Below, one piece after another: positions 15,764-24,014 of a stretch of 32,000 nt of DNA. The translations under genes and the position numbers were made by a program. The first letter of the stretch is position 1, and every line of letters starts with the position of its first letter. The stretch is from Crocosphaera subtropica ATCC 51142 (GTDB taxonomy: Bacteria; Cyanobacteriota; Cyanobacteriia; Cyanobacteriales; Microcystaceae), in the NCBI RefSeq assembly GCF_000017845.1, contig NC_010546.1, positions 2,730,001-2,762,000 of the forward strand, read 5' to 3'. The notes below the pieces were generated by a model. The model was not told where the DNA came from. It worked only from the letters and a program-made list of their open reading frames with translations, and searched no databases.

Positions 15764-16153
15764 TTAAAATTGCCACAGTTGTAAGCGAAACCCTCCATGA
15801 ATTTTTGCAGTGTTATTTGTCAATTCTTCTAAGTAATTGATATCTTTAATTTTTTCCCTAGATGTTTGAGTTGTTGTCTGTTGACATGAATCTTTTGATA
15901 ATTGCTGTTTTTGGAAATTCCTCTGCTCATTTTTTTCTTTTTTATGAGACTGTTTTAAACAATTATCTTTAATTAAACGATTATAAGTCCGATAGGGAAT
16001 ATAATGCAGTGGATTATAACCTGCCGTTTGTAAAATTAAAACACAAGCCCAGGAATATTTACCTGCTAAGATCGCATCAACAATTTTTTCAAATTGTTCT
16101 TCGGTCATGGTTCGTGATTGTTTGCTGTTTGCGCTATAACCAGAGTTAGACAT
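15764..16153 (-). CDS. HetP-family protein carrying a C-terminal double-glycine leader-like segment plus an 8-residue tail
   Basis: The N-terminal block [47 protein letters not shown] matches my recollection of the conserved HetP domain. The C-terminus is [29 protein letters not shown]. The ATG at 16153 has GAGGAG upstream; the track start at 16159 is a TTG. Confidence 0.7.
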   Translation of the reverse strand: MSNSGYSANSKQSRTMTEEQFEKIVDAILAGKYSWACVLILQTAGYNPLHYIPYRTYNRLIKDNCLKQSHKKEKNEQRNFQKQQLSKDSCQQTTTQTSREKIKDINYLEELTNNTAKIHGGFRLQLWQF

Positions 16154-16316
16154 AGTCAATAAAACTCCTCAAAATTGCTTAATTTAAAAACACAACAAGG
16201 CTTAGGAACAACAGGAGAACAGAAGATTCCGAGACTAGGTAACCATCCTTCGGGAAGGCAAAAGGTAGGGAACTAGGAGCAGAAGAAGACTATTTAACCT
16301 GAGTTCGGGGTTAGAG

Positions 16317-16356
16317 GTTCGGAGTGCGACTAAGTCGTGCTACGCAACGGAGTTAG
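16317..16356 (-). repeat. Repeat A, copy 2, inverted relative to 7984-8023
   Basis: gttcggagtgcgactaagtcgtgctacgcaacggagttag; 38 of 40 positions match the reverse complement of copy 1. Confidence 0.85.
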
Positions 16357-16455
16357 ATCATATTTAACAAAATAATGGGTGTTTTAGGCAACGATTTTAT
16401 TAGCCGTTGAGGTTATCCCGAATTCAAGTTATTTAGTGTTTAGTTCAGAACATTA

Positions 16456-18189
16456 CTAAAGCTTTATGCCATCCTTTTGTATTTGCTTAATGGGGTCAAG
16501 CAACACATCAATAATGCGACGGCGACGAATGATAATGTCTGCTGTTACGGTTTGTCCCGGTTTAAAGGCAATCCTTTCTTGATTTTTTAGAATATGATCC
16601 CGTTCTAGCTCGATCTCAACTCGATAAATTTCACCTAGTTTTTCGTCGGATTCCGCATCGGCAGAAATGGCGGTTACTTCACCCGTAATGACCCCATAAT
16701 CCTGATAAGGGTAAGCATCTAGCTTAACTTGTGTCGGCATTCCTTTGTTGACAAAACCAGCTTCTTCGTTGGGGAGAACCGCAGACACCACTAACGGCAC
16801 ATTATGGGGGGCAATCTCAGCAACGGTTTGTCCTGCTTCAATGACTTCGCCGGTGTTTTTGAGATCGAGGGATAAAATGGTGCCACTGATGGGAGCTTTA
16901 AGATACTTATATTGCAGCTTGCTTTGGGCAGCAATTAACAAATTTTTGTTCTCTGTTATTTTTCCTTGCAGTTGGGTCATTTCCACTTCAAGTTGCTGAA
17001 TTTTTTGCATGGCTTCTATTTGCTTCCGTTGCGCTTGCCCTTGCTTCTGAGTCAATTCAGCTTGAGCCTGTTGAACGGTTTGTTGGGCTAAGAACAGTTC
17101 TCCTTGATTTTCGGTCATTTGCGATCGCAGATCCCGTATCCCTTGATTCCCTTGAAAGATTTGTTCGTTGGCTTGGGTCACTTCTTGTAGTTGACTACTG
17201 ATAATCTGTTGTTCTGTTTGTCTCAGGGTTTGTTCGGCTTCGTAGAGATATTCTTGAGAAATGGCTCCTTCTTCTTGTAGGGGTTTAAGTCGGTTGATCC
17301 GCTCTTGATGGGCAACTTTCTCGGCCTGCAATTGATTAAGTCGTTGTTGGGCTAGGGTGGCTAGGGGTTGTAACTGTTTTTGTCGTAATTGATAGGCTGT
17401 AGCCTCGTTTTGTTGTTGAGCTAATAATTGACGGACTGTGGCAATCTTTTCTTTAGTATGGGCGATGACCGCTTGTTGCGCTTGTAGTTCGGCCGAGGCA
17501 ATGGCTGCATCTGTTTTGGCTTCTAATTCAATCCGTTCTTGTAGGGTTTGTTTTTGGCTTAACTCGGTTTCATAGGCTCGGAGCATTTCTTGAAGTCGAT
17601 TAACTTCTTTTTGGGCTAGTTCTGTATCGAATTCCACTAATAATTGACCGGCTTGTACCTCTTGTCCCTCTTCGACGGCAATGTCGGTCACTTTCCCCAA
17701 TTCTACTGGTTGAATTTTATAGGTTTCTCCCTCTGGCACCAATTTTCCTTGGGCTTTCCCTACTTCTTCAAGGGTTCCAAACCAGGCCCAGGCCCCGAAT
17801 GCAAGACAAAATGCCATTCCTCCTAAGATGAACTTTTGGGGTAAGGTGGCAGGGGGTTGGTCTAAGAGGGTTTGGACAGAAGACGACCAGAGATTGACTG
17901 GTTCTTCTAACTGGGGTGAACGATAGGCAGGGGTTGGGTTAAAGGTGGTTTGAGGAAGCTCTATTGCGTTGCTACTGACCCCACCATAAATATGGTTAGA
18001 GTTCTCAGGGGTCATCAAATTGGCCTGGTGTTTCTGACTAACTAATGAAGCGTCTTTGTCTTGAGTAAAATCCTGGACAAATTGCTTGTTCGTTCGTTCA
18101 AAGTGGGTTGACATAGTAAATCTCTTATGGTTTAGATTGATACTTTTATTCAAGGAAAGTTCACAACATTTATTAGGCTTAAAGTTCAT
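16456..18189 (-). CDS. HlyD-family membrane-fusion (periplasmic adaptor) protein of a type I / peptide export system
   Basis: A single TM helix (FILGGMAFCLAFGAWAWFG), a lipoyl-like block VEEGQEVQAGQLLVEFD, about 250 aa of Q/E/L-rich coiled coil, and a C-terminal beta-barrel block GMPTQVKLDAYPYQDYGVITGEVTAIS. An alternative ATG lies at 18114. Confidence 0.88.
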   Translation of the reverse strand: MNFKPNKCCELSLNKSINLNHKRFTMSTHFERTNKQFVQDFTQDKDASLVSQKHQANLMTPENSNHIYGGVSSNAIELPQTTFNPTPAYRSPQLEEPVNLWSSSVQTLLDQPPATLPQKFILGGMAFCLAFGAWAWFGTLEEVGKAQGKLVPEGETYKIQPVELGKVTDIAVEEGQEVQAGQLLVEFDTELAQKEVNRLQEMLRAYETELSQKQTLQERIELEAKTDAAIASAELQAQQAVIAHTKEKIATVRQLLAQQQNEATAYQLRQKQLQPLATLAQQRLNQLQAEKVAHQERINRLKPLQEEGAISQEYLYEAEQTLRQTEQQIISSQLQEVTQANEQIFQGNQGIRDLRSQMTENQGELFLAQQTVQQAQAELTQKQGQAQRKQIEAMQKIQQLEVEMTQLQGKITENKNLLIAAQSKLQYKYLKAPISGTILSLDLKNTGEVIEAGQTVAEIAPHNVPLVVSAVLPNEEAGFVNKGMPTQVKLDAYPYQDYGVITGEVTAISADAESDEKLGEIYRVEIELERDHILKNQERIAFKPGQTVTADIIIRRRRIIDVLLDPIKQIQKDGIKL

Positions 18190-18952
18190 TATCTGATTAT
18201 TTTTACAAGTTATTTTTTTTGCTATTTCATAATGCTAATTCTTTAAAAAACAAATTTTTTATAATTTATTCTTATGCAAAAAAAACATGAGAAATAATCA
18301 CTATATTTTAGAAATATTAATTTATACAATCTCAATTGTCAAGTTTTTATTTTTAACTTAATTTAATTTTAATCTTTTGTTTTAAAAATATATATAAAAT
18401 TGCCCAAAAAAGTCTTATTAATAATGTTTCTAGGTTTTTCGGATAGGGTTGAACATGAAAAAACCAAGTAACTAGACAGTTGAACAGTACCTTAGAAGCA
18501 AATGCGTAAATTTTATACATTTAGATCAATCAGGTTGATCTGTTAGTAGTCAATCACTGAAATTGGGGTTGATTTTATGAAAATCTCTTTATCTTTATGG
18601 AGATGAACTAATTTTGTCCCATATCAACTCTCAAATACGGGAGAATTTGACGATTGACTTTTTTTCTGTTTTTATGTCTAGATTTGTCCATTTTTAGAAA
18701 TTTAATCTTTTTGCAACAAGACTTAACTGAGTTTTGACTATTATCACGGTATTATTTAAGATGAATAATAATCAACTATTTTTGCTTGTTCTCTCCCTAG
18801 CCTGTTTGATGTAATCCTCATTGCTTAGAATTCTGCTTGAAATCATAGCCCTAGCTACTAATTCTAAGTGGCTATCATCTCTGATTTTTTTAGATGGGAG
18901 ATTACAAAAACAATTAAGCTAAACAACAGTCTAAGAATGGAAACGAGTTAAT

Positions 18953-19993
18953 ATGACTAACAATCAGGTTTTTTCGATTGCTAATAATTCTGATCTCAAA
19001 AATTTTAACTATCAAGAATTAAATCCACAAATGCGCCATGAGGTTCAAGAGTTAACCCTTGATATCAAAAATCGACTCCGTCGCTGCGCTCAAGATATCT
19101 ATATTATTGGTGATAATCTATGTAAAATCAAAGAACAATTACAACATGGACAATTTCGGACGTGGTTAAAAGCCGAATTTGATTGGAGTGTATCTGCTGC
19201 TAATAAATTTATGCAGGTTAGTCAACAATTTCAACTCAATGACTTAGAAACAGTGGAAATTTCTCCCTCGGCTCTCTATATTTTAGCAGCCCCTTCGACA
19301 CCCCAAGAAGTTCGCACTCAGGCTTTAGATACAGCGAAACAAGGTCAAACCATTACCTTTTCTTTTGCCAAACAACTCCTCAAACAAAATAAAGAGAAAC
19401 AATCAGATCCAAATATTAATAACCAACCAAGAAATAATCTTATAACCCAGGAATATCAATATGATCCAAAAATTAACAACCAGTTATTCCCTGATCAATC
19501 TAATGTCTTAGACTTGGTAAACACAAAGACAAGTGAGCTAAATTTATCGGTTCAAATTTATAGTTCTTCTGAATTTAATAATTATTTAGAGGAAGCATGG
19601 CAAAAAATGTTTGGTGCAGAAGAGTATTTATCTTTGCTAGTATGTCAAATTAATTCAGAAGATAGCAAACAGTCAGAAACCTTAATGTTTCAAGTGTTTC
19701 AACAACTCAGTTATGGATTAGCTTTTAGTTTAAAGCGAGCGGGGGATTTTGTGGGACAATATGATGAGAATCAATGTATTGCTGTTTTATCCAATACTGA
19801 TCCCGAAGGCGTTCAATGTGTAGTAGATCGGTTTATGAAGTGGTTTAGTGCTTGGCAAAAAACCCTATATAAGTCTGATCGATTCAAAACCCTAAATATT
19901 CATATCGGAACCGCTAGTATGATTCCTAAGCAGGGATTTACCCCTCACAGTCTCATTGAAACGGCGTTAAAGAATAAGGAATTAATGAAGTAG
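18953..19993 (+). CDS. DUF3102-like N-terminal domain fused to a degenerate GGDEF-like domain
   Basis: The N-terminus, IIGDNLCKIKEQLQHGQFRTWLKAEFDWSVSAANKFMQV, resembles DUF3102. The C-terminus follows the GGDEF fold pattern (LSLLVCQIN..., RAGDFVGQYDENQCIAVLSNTDPEG, LNIHIGTAS), but the GGDEF signature is replaced by YDENQ. Confidence 0.5.
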   Translation: MTNNQVFSIANNSDLKNFNYQELNPQMRHEVQELTLDIKNRLRRCAQDIYIIGDNLCKIKEQLQHGQFRTWLKAEFDWSVSAANKFMQVSQQFQLNDLETVEISPSALYILAAPSTPQEVRTQALDTAKQGQTITFSFAKQLLKQNKEKQSDPNINNQPRNNLITQEYQYDPKINNQLFPDQSNVLDLVNTKTSELNLSVQIYSSSEFNNYLEEAWQKMFGAEEYLSLLVCQINSEDSKQSETLMFQVFQQLSYGLAFSLKRAGDFVGQYDENQCIAVLSNTDPEGVQCVVDRFMKWFSAWQKTLYKSDRFKTLNIHIGTASMIPKQGFTPHSLIETALKNKELMK

Positions 19994-20025
19994 TTTACTA
20001 ATCTTTGATTGACTGCTGGAGGATG

Positions 20026-21405
20026 TCACCCTAAGAGACGCTTTAACCATTTTAACTTGCCTTGATAGGGTGGAAATCGCAAATTAGTTTCTAGCCAAAA
20101 GGAACGTTTTAAGACGCTTTTGTAATGGGAAAATATATCAAAACTAGCTTTACCATGATAAGAACCCATCCCACTCTTTCCAATACCCCCAAAGGGTAAG
20201 GTTAATACGCCATATTGCATGATTGTATCATTAATACAAACTCCCCCTGAGAGGGTATTTTCTAGTATCATTTGTTGTTGCTTTTTATCGTTAGAAAATA
20301 AATAAATAGCTAAGGGTTTAGGTCTTTCATTAATAAAGGCGATCGCTTCTTCTATTTCACCATAGCCTAAAACGGGTAAAATTGGCCCGAATATTTCATC
20401 TTGCATAATGGGAGAATCTGGGAAAATATTATCAATAACCGTCGGAGAAATATATTTTTCTTCTGGAATCACTTTGCCCCCTATCATTATATTTTCTAGA
20501 GGAAGTAAAGTACATAATCGGTTAAAATGATGTTCATTAATAATTCTTCCATAGTCTGGACTTTGAGAGGGATCATCTCCATAAAATTCTTTAATAGCTT
20601 GCTTAATAGCTTCTAATAGTTGGCATTTAATTTGATGATTGACTAATAAATAGTCCGGGGCGACACAGCTTTGTCCAGCATTTAAGAATTTACCCCAAAC
20701 AAGACGTTTTGCTGTCTCTTTTATATTAATATTTTTATCTACAATACAGGGACTTTTTCCCCCTAATTCTAATGTTACGGGTGTTAAGTATTTAGCAGCA
20801 GCTTCCATGACAATTTTGCCAATAGAAGGACTACCGGTAAAAAAGATATGATCAAACCTTTCTTTTAATAATTGTTGACTGGTTTCTTTACTGCCTTCAA
20901 TGACTTTAAGATAGTTATGATCGAAGTGATTATTAATAAGTTTTGCAATAAGGTTTGAGGTATTGGGGGTTAATTCTGACGGTTTAATAATAGCACAGTT
21001 TCCAGCAGCGATCGCCCCGATCAATGGCATAATGGCTAAGGAAAAGGGATAATTCCAAGGACTAATAATAAGGACAACTCCTTTCGGTTGCGGTTGAATG
21101 AATGCAGTGGCAGGAAATTGTTCTATGGGAGTTGAAACATAACGAGGTTTCATCCATTTTCTAAGAGTCTTGATCGTATGATCAATCTCTTTTTTAATAA
21201 TTCTGATCTCTGTTAAATAACTTTCAAAGTGACATTTTCCTAAGTCTTGATTTAAGGCTTCTACGATTTCATTCTCATGGTTAATAATTAGCTGTTTTAA
21301 TTGTTTGAGTTGTTGCTGACGAAACTCAAGATTTTGGGTTTTTCCTAATAAAAAATATTTATATTGTTCTTTTAAAATTGTTGGTATATTTTCAGTTTGT
21401 AACAT
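20026..21405 (-). CDS. NAD(P)-dependent aldehyde dehydrogenase (ALDH3-like)
   Basis: The catalytic Glu block is LELGGKSP and the catalytic Cys block is NAGQSCVAPDY, with FGGIGKSGMGSYHGK also present. The ATG at 21405 has GGAGA upstream; the track start at 21420 is a TTG. Confidence 0.88.
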   Translation of the reverse strand: MLQTENIPTILKEQYKYFLLGKTQNLEFRQQQLKQLKQLIINHENEIVEALNQDLGKCHFESYLTEIRIIKKEIDHTIKTLRKWMKPRYVSTPIEQFPATAFIQPQPKGVVLIISPWNYPFSLAIMPLIGAIAAGNCAIIKPSELTPNTSNLIAKLINNHFDHNYLKVIEGSKETSQQLLKERFDHIFFTGSPSIGKIVMEAAAKYLTPVTLELGGKSPCIVDKNINIKETAKRLVWGKFLNAGQSCVAPDYLLVNHQIKCQLLEAIKQAIKEFYGDDPSQSPDYGRIINEHHFNRLCTLLPLENIMIGGKVIPEEKYISPTVIDNIFPDSPIMQDEIFGPILPVLGYGEIEEAIAFINERPKPLAIYLFSNDKKQQQMILENTLSGGVCINDTIMQYGVLTLPFGGIGKSGMGSYHGKASFDIFSHYKSVLKRSFWLETNLRFPPYQGKLKWLKRLLG

Positions 21406-21476
21406 TAAATAAATCTCCAAGAATAAACTATTGATACAATAAGATATTTGCTTTCAGTATAACTAAACTCTATATT

Positions 21477-22484
21477 TTAAATAATCAATTCAATCCCTTG
21501 ATCTAATAATTGGTAACCTTCTTCGACTGTTTCAATGCGAGATACTTTATCTCTTAATTCTGATGCCCCAGGAAACCCTTTACAATACCAACTTAAATGT
21601 TTTCTAGCTTGATAAATGCCCCGTTTACCTTTATAGTCCCATAACCCTTTTAAATGTTCTTTTGCGCATTCTAACCTGTCTATAGGAGTTGGTTGATTTT
21701 GTAGCTTTCCTGTTTGAAAAAAATGGTCAATTTCTCCCACTAAAAAAGGATAACCTAGGGTTCCACGGGAACACATTACCCCGTCTGCACCCGTTATTTC
21801 TAAACAGTTAATGGCCGCTTCAACAGAAAAGATGTCACCATTGGCTATAATAGGAATAGTTAATATTTCTTTTACTTTTTTAATCCATTCCCATCTCGCT
21901 TTTCCTGTATATCCTTGGGCACGAGTTCTACCATGAAGGGTTAACATAGATGCCCCAGAATCTTGCATTTTTTGAGCAAATTCTAAGATATTAATTTCAT
22001 TATCATCCCATCCTATTCTCGTTTTGACGGTAACAGGAACATCGACCGCTTTAACCACTTCTTTGACTAATTTTTCGGCAATTTCTGGCTGTCTTAGTAA
22101 AGAAGAACCTCCCCCTTTTTTTGTGATTTTATTAACAGGACAACCCATATTAATATCAATGGTTTTTGCTCCTTCTCCTACGGCTTTTTGGGCTGCTTCT
22201 GCCATAAAATCTGGACGACAATCAAATAATTGAATACTAATCGGTTGTTCATGAGGATCAATTTCCATCAGTCTAGGAAGTTGTTTTAAATGATGTATTT
22301 CTGTTGCACTTACCATCTCAGTGTACATCATAGAATTAGGTGAATAACGTCTAACTAAACGACGAAAAACTAAGTCAGTTACTCCCGATAAAGGAGACTG
22401 CAATACCCGACTTTTTACTTCTACTGAACCAATTTTTAAGGGTTGAGATAATTTTTCTTGCAGCGTAGATGAAATAGATAACAT
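21477..22484 (-). CDS. dusB: tRNA-dihydrouridine synthase
   Basis: PLSGVTDLVFRRL, DINMGCPVNKITKKGGGSSLL (catalytic Cys) and LTLHGRTRAQGY. It starts 4 nt after the upstream gene. Confidence 0.88.
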   Translation of the reverse strand: MLSISSTLQEKLSQPLKIGSVEVKSRVLQSPLSGVTDLVFRRLVRRYSPNSMMYTEMVSATEIHHLKQLPRLMEIDPHEQPISIQLFDCRPDFMAEAAQKAVGEGAKTIDINMGCPVNKITKKGGGSSLLRQPEIAEKLVKEVVKAVDVPVTVKTRIGWDDNEINILEFAQKMQDSGASMLTLHGRTRAQGYTGKARWEWIKKVKEILTIPIIANGDIFSVEAAINCLEITGADGVMCSRGTLGYPFLVGEIDHFFQTGKLQNQPTPIDRLECAKEHLKGLWDYKGKRGIYQARKHLSWYCKGFPGASELRDKVSRIETVEEGYQLLDQGIELII

Positions 22485-22488
22485 AGTT

Positions 22489-23994
22489 TTATTTCGATGA
22501 GTTGGATAGCTTATTTTTATTATCTTTTGAATCGTTCAATGACAGTAAGTTTGTCCAAACTAGGGTAAGTTGAATCATCTGTAAATAAGTTTGTAAGTCT
22601 AACTGTCCCGTTTTCAACATCTCTTTATACTGATCATGAGAATATTGTAAGTGTCCATGTTGTAACATTAAACTTTCGGGTAGTTGTTGACTCCATTCAT
22701 CCATCAATTTTAAGATTTGATTATGGGATAATTCTTTTTGTTTATCCTGCCATCTTTGACATTGATCTGAGAAGATTTGTGTCATTTTTTCAATTTGTTC
22801 ATAAACTTCTGGAGACACTTGACCATCAATTAACATTAAACGATATTTTTGCCGTAAATCTTCAATTTCTTCTGTCGCTTTTTGGGGATTATTTTCTAAT
22901 AATTGTCGTAATTCGTTAATAGTTTGACGGTTTGCTTTAAGGAGATTATTTTGTTTTCTTTTCCGCCACCAACGAAGTAAAAACCCAATGCTACTGGTTG
23001 TAATTAACATAATTGATGCAGCTTGTAGAGGCTTATTTTCTCTCAAATAACGTTGCCATGCGACTCTAGGATCTCCATAATTAAAGACTTGTTGCGCCCC
23101 AGGATGAATATAAATCAATCCTTCACTTAATAGTTTAGCATCTTGTTGGGAAGCTAATTCGGGATAAAAAGGAGAGTATTGACGAAAGTTAGAAATAATT
23201 GCCCAAGTTAATAAAGAAACTGTCCTTTTGTTGACATCAGGGCGAGTAATTAAAGCTCCAGGAGTGGCAATAGTTGGTAGGTTTTGATCGGGTAATTCTG
23301 GTAAAGGTTTATAAGTTCCTTGAGGAATAATTGCTTCTTTATAAGATTCAGGAAATTGAATAGTTAAATAATTAATTAAACTAGAATTCACAGGAATAAA
23401 ACGCAGTTGATTCGACTGTTTTAATTCTTGTTTAAATTTATCACTGGTAGCTAAAGGCCCAACATAAACAAAGGCATCAACTTCATTATTGATGAGTTTT
23501 TTAAGTCTATCTTCATTAGATTTTACTTCTATAACTGTGATATTGCTGGCTTGAAAAATTCGCTTCGCAGTAAAATATATACCGCTACCTTCTGCCCCCA
23601 CCATCACCCGTTTTCCTTGTAAGTCTGCTAAGGTTTGAATGTCAGAATTAGCTTTAGTAATTAGGTGTAAATATTCTTGAGTTAAAACCAATAAAGTATT
23701 AACTTTTCCTTGTTTCATGGCTTCACTAGCCACATCTAATTGTACAATAGAAAAATCAACTTCTTTATCTAATAATCGTTGTAAGTTTTCTTGCGATCCC
23801 TGAGATTTATAAGTATCACTGACTTGTATTTGTTCTATCGTATCTGCTGATGATTTAATTTGAGAACTAATTCTTTGATAACCACTTCCAAGAGAACCAC
23901 TGGAAATAGATACCATTGTTTTTGGTGTACTACAACTACTTAAATAGATAGGAATAACTAGAAATAAACTGGTAGAAAAAATTTTTTTGATCAT
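22489..23994 (-). CDS. TAXI-family (TRAP-type) solute-binding-like lipoprotein with an extra C-terminal TM helix and helical cytoplasmic tail
   Basis: A lipobox LSSC near the N-terminus, and TAXI-like blocks ISSGSLGSGYQRIS and GKRVMVGAEGSGIYFTAKRIF. A TM segment (AASIMLITTSSIGFLLRWW) follows, then about 150 aa of Q/E/L-rich tail. Confidence 0.55.
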   Translation of the reverse strand: MIKKIFSTSLFLVIPIYLSSCSTPKTMVSISSGSLGSGYQRISSQIKSSADTIEQIQVSDTYKSQGSQENLQRLLDKEVDFSIVQLDVASEAMKQGKVNTLLVLTQEYLHLITKANSDIQTLADLQGKRVMVGAEGSGIYFTAKRIFQASNITVIEVKSNEDRLKKLINNEVDAFVYVGPLATSDKFKQELKQSNQLRFIPVNSSLINYLTIQFPESYKEAIIPQGTYKPLPELPDQNLPTIATPGALITRPDVNKRTVSLLTWAIISNFRQYSPFYPELASQQDAKLLSEGLIYIHPGAQQVFNYGDPRVAWQRYLRENKPLQAASIMLITTSSIGFLLRWWRKRKQNNLLKANRQTINELRQLLENNPQKATEEIEDLRQKYRLMLIDGQVSPEVYEQIEKMTQIFSDQCQRWQDKQKELSHNQILKLMDEWSQQLPESLMLQHGHLQYSHDQYKEMLKTGQLDLQTYLQMIQLTLVWTNLLSLNDSKDNKNKLSNSSK

Positions 23995-24014
23995 TGTAAC
24001 TGTTGTTTAAAAAG

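Noticed and set aside
16230-16300. A possible structured RNA or tRNA-like element (ccttcgggaagg hairpin, G/A-rich tract) between the HlyD and HetP-like genes
   Set aside because: Only a 4-5 bp stem is present, and there is no T-loop/GTTCGAATC-type tRNA signature. The G/A-rich tract resembles the degenerate heptamer-like sequence also seen inside the MITE-like repeats at 8057-8085 and 11806-11835.
18761-18814. A 17-codon hydrophobic mini-ORF (MNNNQLFLLVLSLACLM) and other tiny ORFs in the AT-rich 18190-18952 spacer
   Set aside because: They have no Shine-Dalgarno and no GG leader, and ORFs of this size arise by chance in AT-rich DNA. They cannot be supported without expression data.
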